DNA of 64,000 bases, taken from contig CM126217.1 of the NCBI GenBank assembly GCA_052327205.1, positions 38,750,001 to 38,814,000 on the forward strand, given 5' to 3'. This document shows positions 36,109 through 46,769 of the stretch, one piece after another (the stretch's first letter is position 1; each line of letters begins with the position of its first letter). Source of the stretch: Somniosus microcephalus (lineage: Eukaryota). A program made the translations under genes and the position numbers. The notes under the pieces were generated by a model. That model searched no databases, was not told the DNA's origin, and was given only the letters and a program-made list of their open reading frames with translations.

Positions 36109-39100
36109 TGTAGCCTGGGCCCATTCAAACACAATCAGAAACGAGAAATGAAAGGCTGAGGCTGCATGGGCCCCTTAAAAACAACTGCAGCAATGACGTC
36201 ATCAGAGGCGACTAATAGACCCGATCCCACCCATTGGACCAGGCAGCGCGCACGACGGGACTTAATAGGACACTTAAATTAAAATCTCAATTTGGGAGCA
36301 GCTAAAACCGGCCACGGTTCCGGAACCCGCACACCAGGCAACCCGACTCCAACCCGCCTCCTCTATTAAATTTGCGGCCAATGTATTTGTTTAATTTCTC
36401 TGCCATTTTCTTATTCCCCATTATAATTTCTCCTGTCTCAGCCTGTAAGGTACCCACATTTACTTTTGCTAATCTTTTCCTTTTTACATACCTATAGAAG
36501 CTTTTACAGTATGTTTTTACAGCTAGTTTACTCTCATATTCTATTTTCCCTTTCTTTATCAATTTCTTGGTCCTCCTTTGCTGAATTCTAAAATCCTCCC
36601 AATCCTCAGGCTTTTTGGCAGGATTATAAGCCTCTTCCTTTGATCTAATACTATCTTTAACTTCTCTTGTTAGCCACGGTTGGACCACTTATCCTGTGGG
36701 GTTTTTATGCCTTAAAGGACTGTATATTTGTTGTAAATTATGTATTAATTCTTTAAATGCTCGCCATTGCTTGTCCACTGTCATACCTTTTAATGTAGTT
36801 TCCCAATCTACCTTAGCCAACTCGCCTCTCATACCTACATAGTTTGCTTTGTTTAGATTTAAGACCCTAGTTTCGGATTTAACTAAATCACTTTCAAACT
36901 CAATATAAAATTCTATCATATAAGTGCACTTTCCAGCAGTGATTAATGATCAATGACCTGGAACCTTGATTTCTTTTTCCTCTCCCACACTTGGGAAATA
37001 GGAAAGAAAGATTAGATTAAGAGAGAGAGAGAAAAGAGGCAGAAAGGAAACGTAAGAAAAATCTTTTTTACATTTAAAATTTGTCATTTAAAAAATCTCT
37101 AACAACAATTCACTACCTGAAGGAATGAGACTCCAAAGTTTAAATTGTTCACTTTCTGGGCCAGGCAGGTGGATTGGCAGTCATTAACAATTATCACATC
37201 GTTAAAAGGGTACTTGCACTGTTAAGTTCCAGCCCTAACTTTCTGCGGCGAGTTTAATGGACAATTAACATGCAAATCCGACAAGTTCTTAAAAATAATG
37301 GAGAGGCTAAGGGTGAGATGCGATTTGTGCAAAGCAAACAGCAGAGTGGCGTAAATCGACCAGTAAGTCCTGGAGATTCGCAACTCATGGCATATCTCAT
37401 CATCCCCTAAATTTGCTGACCAATTTGCACATTAGTAACAGCGTGCGTTGTTCACACACCATTATTTTTTCAGCAAGTTCTGGCCCAATATTAATACTCA
37501 CAAGAAAGGATGTTATGTTGGGCAGATTTATATAGGACGTATCCAGCTTTGATCAGGGTGAAGATCAGCTGGGATAGCAAGGATCATATTTCATTGAAGG
37601 AGCAAATTCAGCCGTCTTCCCCTTGGTTCCTGGAGCTCTGGGAGTTTACTTGGAGCCGATTCTGTGAGCCTTGACTTAATGCTTGGAGCTATGGAAAATC
37701 CTTCTTGAAGCAAAAATATACGTCACAGCCTAGATCTTCTGATCCATTTATTTTAAATGGGTTAATGCCGGGATTGAAATAACCTTCATTGAAAAATATA
37801 GGCTCATGGTCCAATTCATTTGAACTGTTCCAGGTTAATTTAGGAAATATATTGAATTCTCCCAGCCTAGAGGGTTAATTTTTTGTGGATGCCACTTTGA
37901 AAGAACAATTCAGAGGCTTCCCCAAAGACCTAATGGGACAAATGCACTTCACTGTGTGTTATTGCACATATTAAGTGTCGGGGCAGTGTCAAGGGAGTTT
38001 TCCCACCACCCCCCCACCCCGATCAGGGAATGCTTGATGGTGGATGCATAAAATATAAATGATCTATTATTCAACATTCCCATTTTCACAGAATAGAAGA
38101 GAAACGGCAAGAAATTGAAAAAAAATAAACATGAAACCAGAACGTACTCTTGGAAAAGGGAAAAAAAAAGCTACTTTTAATTCACAACATTGAGTACTGT
38201 AAATGTCTGGATACAGGGATTGTAAAAGAGGTGACTTTGTCATCGAGCTGACTGTTACTGAGAATATTTGAGAATGGCCATGAATTAGCATAGCTGTCAG
38301 GATTTTAATGTAATTGAAGGCTTTCTTCAATATGGTCATAAATCTCAGAGAAACAAGGGCATCTTGATAAATTCCTCTGAGAAAGAACAGTGTCATGCTG
38401 AATTTCAACATGAAAGGTGAGTATAACTGTGACTCTCAAGAGAAATTAGATTGTGCAGCTCTGGAAGGGACAGGAAAATCTGAATGAGAAATAAGAGAGT
38501 TGAATCCATGTGAAAAATCCATGGTGAGCTCTGAAAAAGCAATGGCCCCAGCACTGACCCTTGGGAAACACCACTGTCTACCATCCTCCAGTCTGAAAAA
38601 CAGCCATTTACCACAACTCGCTGTTTTCTGTCTTAAGCCAATTCCTTATCCAAGCTACCACTGACCCACCTATTCCATGAGCCTCAATTTTGTTAACCAG
38701 CCTTCTATGTGGTATTTTGTCAAACACCTTCCTAAAATCTAGGGTTGTGAAGGGGCGGAAAGTTTCCGGTAAATTTCCACGGGAAGTTTAGCTTGGGAAT
38801 TTTGCCCAAAAAAGCACGTGCTAGCATAATATTGGGGTTTTCTTTGTATCTCTTTCATTTTTTTTCACAGGTCGTTTCTTAAAATTACTAACAGAGATGG
38901 AATCTTAATTATTAAGGAATTTCTTAATCAATATATGTTTATCTTCTTACTTGGCTTGTTTTAATAATTACAAGTTTTATGTGTGGCTGTGAACAAATGT
39001 GTCCTGATTGGTTGGATGAGTGGATGAGCGATTAGCTCCCTCTATTGGTGATGTAGCGTTGTGCATGCACAGGTCATGCTTCCATCACATGGAGCATCAG

Positions 39101-40303
39101 GAAAAATTTACTCACCCTGTTGCAATCATGCTGATCGACCGCAGTTCGACACAGAGAAGAATGCCCTTTATTTCTCTGCATAGAACAATGCCACATTTAC
39201 CGTCGGATGTGTGGAAGCATTTTACCCCAGGCATTAAAGATGGAAAGACGGTGTACATGTGCAAACACTGTACAAAGCCATATGTAAAGAAAGCCACAAA
39301 GATGCTGCAGCATTTATTCAAATGCAACAACTTCACTCAAAGCTCATAGCAGTCAGCCCAGAGTTCCTCTGCTTCCATTCAAGAAGATGATGGTTCTCAT
39401 TCAACATCAGGCTCCTTATCATCAGCAACTCCTGGCCCACTTGGAAGGTTCTTTGATACAATGGATAACCATAGCCAGAAGAATGCAGATGAGTGCCTTG
39501 CTCGAGCTGTATATGCGACAGGTTCACCCCTCATGTTCACAGCCAATGGGTTTGAGAACCATGGAAACACTGTACAAGAGAGCCAAGCAAGTTGTTAAGT
39601 ATGTCAGGGGAAAACAGGTAGTTGCAGCTGTTGTGTATGTAATATGTATGCTACTTTAACCCTATGGCCAGGGCAGCACTACTTTGTAGGGCGTAGTGAT
39701 ACCGTAGTACCACTCCTGGCCATAGGGGTATAAATAGTACTGCGGGTACTGATCTCCCCTCAGTTCCCGCCTGTGGGTATGAAGTAAAGACCTAAGTTAA
39801 ACCCTTCCAAGCTGTCTCTTCCTTTTTGTATCAAGTATATGCGCATACTTTACACTGGCGACTAGGAACGTTCGAACTCACCAGTACAAGGTGCAACAAA
39901 GGATCGGTAGCAGTACGGGGAGAGAAGCTTCTCACCAGCCTGCAGAGTCCAGCGTCGACCGAAGGAGGCCACCCAGTTCAGGAGGAGCGGCAGCAACGGA
40001 GCGAGAGAGAGAGGTTCCAGCGAAGGCTGCGGCAGCTGAGAGAAGAGGCTGAACGGGCGTTCCAGCCACGGGGCAAAAGTCCACCCAGGGTCAGGTAAAC
40101 TGCAATCCTTCCTGGGGAACGCGAGCTGCAAGGGCCAGAACGGGCAGGCGATCTGGGGAACAAACGGAGCCACGAGGACTAGTGGGCCACGAGAGGGGAA
40201 GGTCGTTGTAATAGCGGCGGTGGCAATAACGGGAGCTGCAAGAAAAAAAAATAACGAACCTGGAGAGACGTCGTTGACAGCAGAGGGAGAAAAGGCGGGA
40301 AAA

Positions 40304-40429
40304 GCGCCATCTAGTGGACAAAGGGGAAAAGTTTTTCTCTTCAGCAGTTTAAAATGAACAGCGCCATCTAGTGGACAAAAGGGGGAAAGTTTTTCTCTTA
40401 GAAAAAAAAATAACAGCGCCTTCTAGTGG
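40304..40429 (-). promoter_or_regulatory. Three tandem CTCF-consensus motifs in the Gypsy 5' UTR
   Basis: GCGCCATCTAGTGG (40304-40317, 40361-40374) and GCGCCTTCTAGTGG (40416-40429). The reverse complement CCACTAGATGGCGC fits CCASYAGRKGGCRS. Confidence 0.65.
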
Positions 40430-40464
40430 AAAAAGGCGGGAAAACCTCTTCAGTAGTTTTAAAA

Positions 40465-43400
40465 ATGGCTAAAGAAGCTCGGTTGTCAGAATTTGTTGCC
40501 GACATAGAAGATTGGGACGCATATGTAGAAAGGCATGAACTTTATTGCATAGTAAACAAGGTGAAAGATGACGAAAAGGCAGCAACCTTATTAAATTCTA
40601 TGGGGGCAAAAACATACGGTCTGCTGAGGAATCTTCTTACTCCAGAAAAGCCAGCAGACAAAACGTATGCTCAAATTGTTGATACGTTAAAGGAACATTT
40701 AAACCCTAAGCCACCATTTATAGCGGAAAGGTACCGCTTTTACAGACGCGACCAAAGGAATGATGAGTCGCAGGCAGCCTATTTGGCTGAGCTCAGACGG
40801 TTGTCCAAACATTGCCAGTTTGGAGCCTTTTTGGCGGAAGCGATCAGAGACAGATTTGTCTGTGGCATGTTAAATGAGAGTACACGAAAACGGTTGCTGG
40901 CCAAGAAACAGCTCAGCCTAGATCAGGCGATAGAAATAGCATTGGCACATGAAGCAGCAGCACAGGGTGCTGCCCAAATACGACAAAATACAACCGGCTA
41001 TGACACCCATGAGGTGACATTTCACAAAGGTAAATGCTACCGTTGTGGCAAAACCACCCACGACCAAAGTAATTGTTGGTTTCGTGATAAAATATGCCGG
41101 CAGTGTGGGAAAAAGGGGCATATAGCGAAAGTTTGTCGGTCGGGTACGAAACCCAATAGTGGGGGCAGTCCGAGCAGTACCAAGGCAAGGACAAAAATAC
41201 ATAAGATATCTGACAGTAGCTCAGACGAGTCACAGGAAGGCACAAAAGCAGAGCCTAAAGGTCTGGGATGTCTCAAGTTATATGGTGTAGACAAAACGGA
41301 GGACCACAGCACAATGTGGGTTAAAATGAAGGTAGCAGGCGTCGAAGTTAATATGGAGCTGGACACGGGTTCAGCCCTATCAGTAATTAATGAACAAGAT
41401 TATAACAGGCTGTTCAAACGCATTCCCTTAAAGGATACCGAAATCAAATTAAAAACATATACGGGACAAAAAGTTTACCCGAAGGGAAAAATGCAAGTAA
41501 CAGTTAAATACAATGGCAGAAAAGTGCCAGGACTTTATTTATACGTCCTACCAAACGGCGGACCACCACTTTTGGGTAGGGAATGGATAAGAAAAATCCA
41601 TTTCGACTGGAAGTCGATACACGAGATAAAAGTAGAGACCACCAAGGATGATACAACCATTACAAGCAGGCTGTCGAAACTATTGGCAAAAACGCCAGAG
41701 GTGTTCCAACAAGGGCTGGGGACCTTAAAGGACATTAGAGCAAAAATAACTATTGCTCAAGACGCAAACCCCAAGTTTTGTAAGGCCAGACCGGTGCCTT
41801 ACGCCATCCGGCCAGCTGTGGAAGCAGAACTGGATGCCTTAGAGAGTGCAGGTGTCCTTACAAAGATTGAGTGGAGCGAGTGGGCCACGCCCATCGTCCC
41901 AGTTATAAAGAAATCTGCAAATAACACGCCGGGGGAACCAAAGAAGGTTCGCATTTGCGGGGATTTTAAAATAACTATTAACCCAGTCCTGCACACGGTA
42001 CAGTATCCGCTGCCACGGATAGAGGACATATTCGCATCGTTAGCTGGGGGTAGACACTTTACGAAGATTGACCTTTGTCAAGCTTATTTACAGATGGAGG
42101 TGGAGCAGGACTCGAAAAAGCTCCTAACGATTAACACCCACAAGGGATTGTACCAGTACAATCGCCTGGTATTTGGTGTGGCGTCCGCCCCAGCCATATG
42201 GCAGAGGACCATGGAACAGGTCCTACAGGGCATTCCAGGAACGCAGTGCTACCTGGATGACATCCTGGTGACAGGACAAACGGATAACGACCACCTCGCT
42301 AACCTGGAGCGAGTACTTCTGCGGTTGCAACAATACGGACTCAGGGCGAACAAGCAGAAATGTGAGTTTTTCCAGGAACGTATCTCATACTGTGGTCACA
42401 TTATAGATAAGGAAGGCCTGCATAAGTCCCCAGAAAAGATCGAGGCAGTAGTGAAGGCCCCGCCCCCTGAGAATGTATCTCAGTTACGATCATTCTTAGG
42501 CCTTATAAACTATTACCATAAGTTCCTCCCGAACTTATCGTCCATTTTACATCCACTAAATTCATTGCTGCAAAAGGGAGTCTCCTGGAATTGGGACGAA
42601 GCGTGTGAGGCTGCTTTTAAAAAGGGTAAACAACTCATTACATCAAAGGAAGTGCTCGCACACTTTGACCCAAAAATGCCAATGAGGTTGGCATGTGACG
42701 CCTCCCCGTACGGTATAGGGGCAGTGTTGTCACACAAATTTCCCAATGGGACGGAGAGGCCAATAGCATTTGCCTCAAGGTCGTTAACTACAGCCGAAAG
42801 AAACTATGCGCAAATCGACAGGGAGGCCCTCAGTCTGGTGTGGGGTGTAAAAAAATTCCACCACTATCTACATGGACAACGTTTCACACTACTGACGGAT
42901 CATCAACCGTTGGTGTCGATATTTAATCCAACAAAAGGGGTGCCCCTGATGACGGCCCAAAGGCTACAGAGATGGTCACTGTTCTTAGGAGCACACCAGT
43001 ACCTTATCGAATATAAGGGTACCAAACAGCATGGCAATGCGGATGGCCTGTCGCGGCTACCATTGCCTGCAGAGATCGAAGAGATAGTACAGGACCCCGT
43101 GGAAATATATCATACGGCGGTTATGGAACACTTGCCCATCACCAGCCAATGTATCGAGCGGGAAACACAGAATGACCCGACACTGGCAAGGGTTTACGAA
43201 TTGACCGTGAAAGGCTGGCCGGCGCAGGGTGACGCATCATTGCCGGCGTTTTCGGCAAGGAAGGACCAGTTGTCCGTATGCCGGGGCACATTGATGTGCG
43301 GAGCCAGGGTGGTGGTCCCTCAAAAATTACAACATAAAGTGTTGCGGGACTTACACGAAGGTCATCTGGGGGGTGTCAAAATGAAAAGCCTCGCCAGAGC

Positions 43401-44475
43401 CTACGTCTGGTGGCCCGGCATTGACAGGGACATCGAGGAAGTAGCAAAAGCATGCCAAGGGTGCCAGATGGTACAGAACGTACCACCCCAAGCCCCACTA
43501 CATCCGTGGGAGTGGCCCTCAACGCCGTGGCAAAGGATCCACGTGGACTTCGCTGGGCCCTTCATGGATGCGATGTTCCTTATTGTAGTGGACGCCCACT
43601 CAAAATGGCCGGAGGTCATAAAGATGTCATCAACGACAGCCGAAAAGACGGTCGCAGCCTTAAGGACCATTTTTGCCCGAAACGGGGTGCCCGAGCAAGT
43701 CTGTTCGGACAATGGGCCACAATTTGTGGCAGAAGAATTTCAAGCATTCCTAAAAAGGAATGGAGTGCGACATTATACGTCCGCACCATATCATCCGGCT
43801 ACAAATGGGCTGGCAGAGCGATTTGTACAGACTTTTAAAAAGGCCATCAAGGCGATGGGGGAGGAAAGGTTGCCACTACAACACAAGGTGGACAATTTCC
43901 TATTCGCGTACCGTAATGCTGCACATACGGTGACCAACCAGGCCCCCGCTGTCATGTTCTTTAATAGAAGGTTAAGGTCTCGCCTCGAATTGCTCAGACC
44001 AAACATCCGGAGAGATGTGGAAAACCGAGTATTTCGTAGGGCTCCTGACAGACAGACACGGAGCTTCGAGGTGGGGCAGCAAGTGTTGGCCCGTGATTAT
44101 AGAAATGAAAAGTGGCGGTCTGGTACGATAAAGGCCCGCCAGGGACCTTTGATGTACACAGTGGATACTGGGGACGGCATAATCAGACGACATGCTGATC
44201 AACTTGTGGAGTCCAGAAACCCAACTGATTCACTACCTCAAACGTCTCAGCACATTGTTCCAGCGGAATCACGGCCCAGCTCGTCGCTACAGAAGTCTCA
44301 GGATGGCGAGGAGTTCAGCACTCCAGTGAGCTCCACGGCACAGGATGTGCCATCAGACACCGACGACTCCAGCGATGAAGTGGTGACGGAAGTACCGCCG
44401 CCTACACCGAGACCGACTAGAGAAAGACGTTACCCTAGTCGAGACAGGAGGCCTCCTCAGAGACTGAATCTATAA
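40465..44475 (+). CDS. Gag-Pol polyprotein (1336 aa from ATG 40465): gag with 2 CCHC knuckles, protease, RT, RNase H, integrase
   Basis: CYRCGKTTHDQSNC, CRQCGKKGHIAKVC, LDTGSA, YLDD, CDAS, HVDFAGP / SDNGPQF / NGLAER; no stops. Confidence 0.96.
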   Translation: MAKEARLSEFVADIEDWDAYVERHELYCIVNKVKDDEKAATLLNSMGAKTYGLLRNLLTPEKPADKTYAQIVDTLKEHLNPKPPFIAERYRFYRRDQRNDESQAAYLAELRRLSKHCQFGAFLAEAIRDRFVCGMLNESTRKRLLAKKQLSLDQAIEIALAHEAAAQGAAQIRQNTTGYDTHEVTFHKGKCYRCGKTTHDQSNCWFRDKICRQCGKKGHIAKVCRSGTKPNSGGSPSSTKARTKIHKISDSSSDESQEGTKAEPKGLGCLKLYGVDKTEDHSTMWVKMKVAGVEVNMELDTGSALSVINEQDYNRLFKRIPLKDTEIKLKTYTGQKVYPKGKMQVTVKYNGRKVPGLYLYVLPNGGPPLLGREWIRKIHFDWKSIHEIKVETTKDDTTITSRLSKLLAKTPEVFQQGLGTLKDIRAKITIAQDANPKFCKARPVPYAIRPAVEAELDALESAGVLTKIEWSEWATPIVPVIKKSANNTPGEPKKVRICGDFKITINPVLHTVQYPLPRIEDIFASLAGGRHFTKIDLCQAYLQMEVEQDSKKLLTINTHKGLYQYNRLVFGVASAPAIWQRTMEQVLQGIPGTQCYLDDILVTGQTDNDHLANLERVLLRLQQYGLRANKQKCEFFQERISYCGHIIDKEGLHKSPEKIEAVVKAPPPENVSQLRSFLGLINYYHKFLPNLSSILHPLNSLLQKGVSWNWDEACEAAFKKGKQLITSKEVLAHFDPKMPMRLACDASPYGIGAVLSHKFPNGTERPIAFASRSLTTAERNYAQIDREALSLVWGVKKFHHYLHGQRFTLLTDHQPLVSIFNPTKGVPLMTAQRLQRWSLFLGAHQYLIEYKGTKQHGNADGLSRLPLPAEIEEIVQDPVEIYHTAVMEHLPITSQCIERETQNDPTLARVYELTVKGWPAQGDASLPAFSARKDQLSVCRGTLMCGARVVVPQKLQHKVLRDLHEGHLGGVKMKSLARAYVWWPGIDRDIEEVAKACQGCQMVQNVPPQAPLHPWEWPSTPWQRIHVDFAGPFMDAMFLIVVDAHSKWPEVIKMSSTTAEKTVAALRTIFARNGVPEQVCSDNGPQFVAEEFQAFLKRNGVRHYTSAPYHPATNGLAERFVQTFKKAIKAMGEERLPLQHKVDNFLFAYRNAAHTVTNQAPAVMFFNRRLRSRLELLRPNIRRDVENRVFRRAPDRQTRSFEVGQQVLARDYRNEKWRSGTIKARQGPLMYTVDTGDGIIRRHADQLVESRNPTDSLPQTSQHIVPAESRPSSSLQKSQDGEEFSTPVSSTAQDVPSDTDDSSDEVVTEVPPPTPRPTRERRYPSRDRRPPQRLNL

Positions 44476-46769
44476 CATGTTTCTTTTTATATATATATAG
44501 GTAGACAACTCTGATGTAAATATGTTATGTATGTTGTGTTACCAAATGTTATTAGCCCTAGTTATGGTGCATCTGTTGACTTAATTGCACGGGTACGTTT
44601 TAATTAAAAGGGGAGGAATGTTGTGTATGTAATATGTATGCTACTTTAACCCTATGGCCAGGGCAGCACTACTTTGTAGGGCGTAGTGATACCGTAGTAC
44701 CACTCCTGGCCATAGGGGTATAAATAGTACTGCGGGTACTGATCTCCCCTCAGTTCCCGCCTGTGGGTATGAAGTAAAGACCTAAGTTAAACCCTTCCAA
44801 GCTGTCTCTTCCTTTTTGTATCAAGTATATGCGCATACTTTACAGCAGCAACCTACAACTCCAAGCAAATGACAAAGAACAAGAACAGCACACTGAAGCT
44901 GCCCAGCAACACTAGATGGGGTGGCATTGTCATAATGTACAACAGCCTTCTGGAGGGTAAGGAGTCGCTGCAAGACATGGCAATATCCCAGTCTGGGGAT
45001 ATGGAAACCACCATCAAGAAAATACTGCTGGATGATGTGTTTTGGGAGAGAGTGGTTAGCAGCCTTAAACTACTTTCACCAGTAGCATCTGCAATTGCTC
45101 AGATTGAAGGAGATGATGCTGTCTTGTCAGATATTCTCAGGCTTTTTGCTGATTTAAAAGAACAAATCAGCATTGCCCTACCCACATCCCTGCTGCTCAA
45201 AGCAGAGGAGAAGGCAATTGTTCAATTCATACAGACGCGTCAAGAATTTTGTGTCAAGCCGATTCATGCTGCAGCATACATGCTGGACCCAAAGCATGTT
45301 GGGAGACCAATACTTTCTGGAGAACAGATCAACAGCACTTACAGTGTGATTTCTACCCTCCCACGCCACCTCAATCTGGACGTGGGCAAAGTTCTGGGAA
45401 GTCTGGCAAAGTTCTCTACCAAGCAAGGTCTTTGGAATGGGGACGGGATATGGGAATCATGCAAGCATATCAGTGCACATACCTGGTGGAAAGGACTTTG
45501 TGCATCTGAGGCCCTGTCACCCATTGCATCGGTGATACTCCAAATCCCACCTTCATCAGCAGCCTCTGAACAAAACTGGTCATGATTTGGGAATATGCAT
45601 ACAAAGGTGCGCAACAGGCTGACTAACAAGAGAGTGGAGAAACTGGTGGCTATCCGGGCAAACCTACAACTTATTGCGCCAGATACAGAAGTGTCCACCA
45701 CACAGCTAGACAGTGACACAGAGGAGGAAATGGACACGTCAGAGCCAGAGTCAGGGAATCAGGAGGAGCAATGATGAGTAGAAGACTCAGAAGACTCATG
45801 AGTAGAAGACTCAAAGGGACAAAATAAGGACAAATTACAGGCTAAATAAGCTGACGCTCTTTTTATTTTATTTTAGATGGGTCTTTTTTATGGGGGTTCA
45901 ATAAAGTTCAAAATTATAACCTAAATAAAGTTTTGAAAGCCTGTTTTTATTTGTATGGAACAGTATGTCTATTTTGATGACAAAGATAATATAAGGGTCA
46001 GAGACAAAAACCATCAGTGTGCAAAAAAACTCAAAATTCCCATAAATTCCCAAAAATTCCCATGGAAAGTTTCCTCTTTTAAAAATTCCCAGAATTTTGC
46101 AACCCTACTAAAATCCATGTAGACAACATCCATTGCATTCCCTTCATCAATCCTCCCTGTTACATTATCAAAAAATTCAATTGGATTAGTCAGACATGAT
46201 CTGCTTTTTACAAATCCATGTTGGCTCTCCTTAATTAGCTTAAACCTCTCCAAGTGCCCGTTAATTTTTTCCTTGATTATTGTTTCTAAAACTTTACCCG
46301 CCACTGATGTTAAACTGACTGGCCTGTAGTCACTAGGATTGTCCTTGCACGCTTTTTTGAACAATGGCGTCACATTTGCCACCAGTTTGGGAAGTGGGAA
46401 CTTTGGGAGCATCGTCACTAAACTCAGTAAGGTTTGAGATTCACAACAAATGTACTGAAATTGAGAACATCAGGAGTCTAGAAAAGCACAATGCATCCGT
46501 GGAAGGATAAGTGTTTTGATGAATTACTGTAAGGAAAAAGAGTAACACAGAATGTCATTGTGAGAAACATGATGCTGTGGATTGAAAGAAAAGCACTGTG
46601 GGTAGATAATGTGAGAAAATGAACAGCAAGCTGAAGGTGCAGCAGAGTTTCACAAACATATACAGAGCCTCACACACCATTGAAAAGACTAGTTTGTTCA
46701 AGACCCCTGTGCTACCCATTGATGTTCATTTACTTTCCTAGCACCTTCAGGATGTGGAAGATTCATCTG

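Larger units (their letters stand above)
32128..36379. mobile_element. PIF/Harbinger DNA transposon, 4252 bp, two convergent genes
   Basis: TIRs GGCTGCGAATTTAATAGA / TCTATTAAATTTGCGGCC (16/18). 3-bp flanks AAA/AAT; removing the element and one flank restores the host CR1 sequence cacaaagtatttg. Confidence 0.9.
30465..36922 (-). mobile_element. 5'-truncated CR1 LINE split by a Harbinger insertion (CR1 parts 30465-32127 and 36380-36922)
   Basis: ORF2 fragments 36689-36919, 36302-36688, 31642-32124, 30720-31241 and 30548-30757 are collinear. 3' tail at 30465-30545. Confidence 0.9.
39629..44844 (+). mobile_element. Full-length intact Ty3/Gypsy LTR retrotransposon, 5216 bp
   Basis: Identical 226-bp LTRs (39629-39854, 44619-44844; TG...CA). 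5-bp TSD GCAGC. PBS TGGCGACTAGGA resembles the tRNA-Ser(GCU) 3' complement. PPT AAAAGGGGAGGAA at 44606-44618. Confidence 0.97.
38740..46107 (+). mobile_element. hAT DNA transposon (BED finger + dimerisation domain), internally deleted and dead; ~2.15 kb without the Gypsy
   Basis: TIR TAGGGTTG...CAACCCTA, perfect 8-bp TSD CTAAAATC (38732-38739 / 46108-46115) and subterminal AAATTCCC arrays. zf-BED VWKHF...CKHC...HLFKC; LPSNTRW; PIHAAAYMLDPK; IPPSSAASEQNWS*. Confidence 0.93.
38530..46385 (-). mobile_element. CR1 RT fragment, host of the hAT insertion (parts 38530-38739 and 46108-46385)
   Basis: ANVTPLFKK..YRPVSLTSV..QHGF..VVYMDF | DFRKVFDKIPH...SQGSVLGP is continuous across the hAT. Confidence 0.88.

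Noticed and set aside
39826-40098. Charged, coiled-coil-like ORF in the Gypsy LTR/5' UTR as an extra gene
   Set aside because: No ATG start; the purine-rich UTR composition explains the lack of stops.
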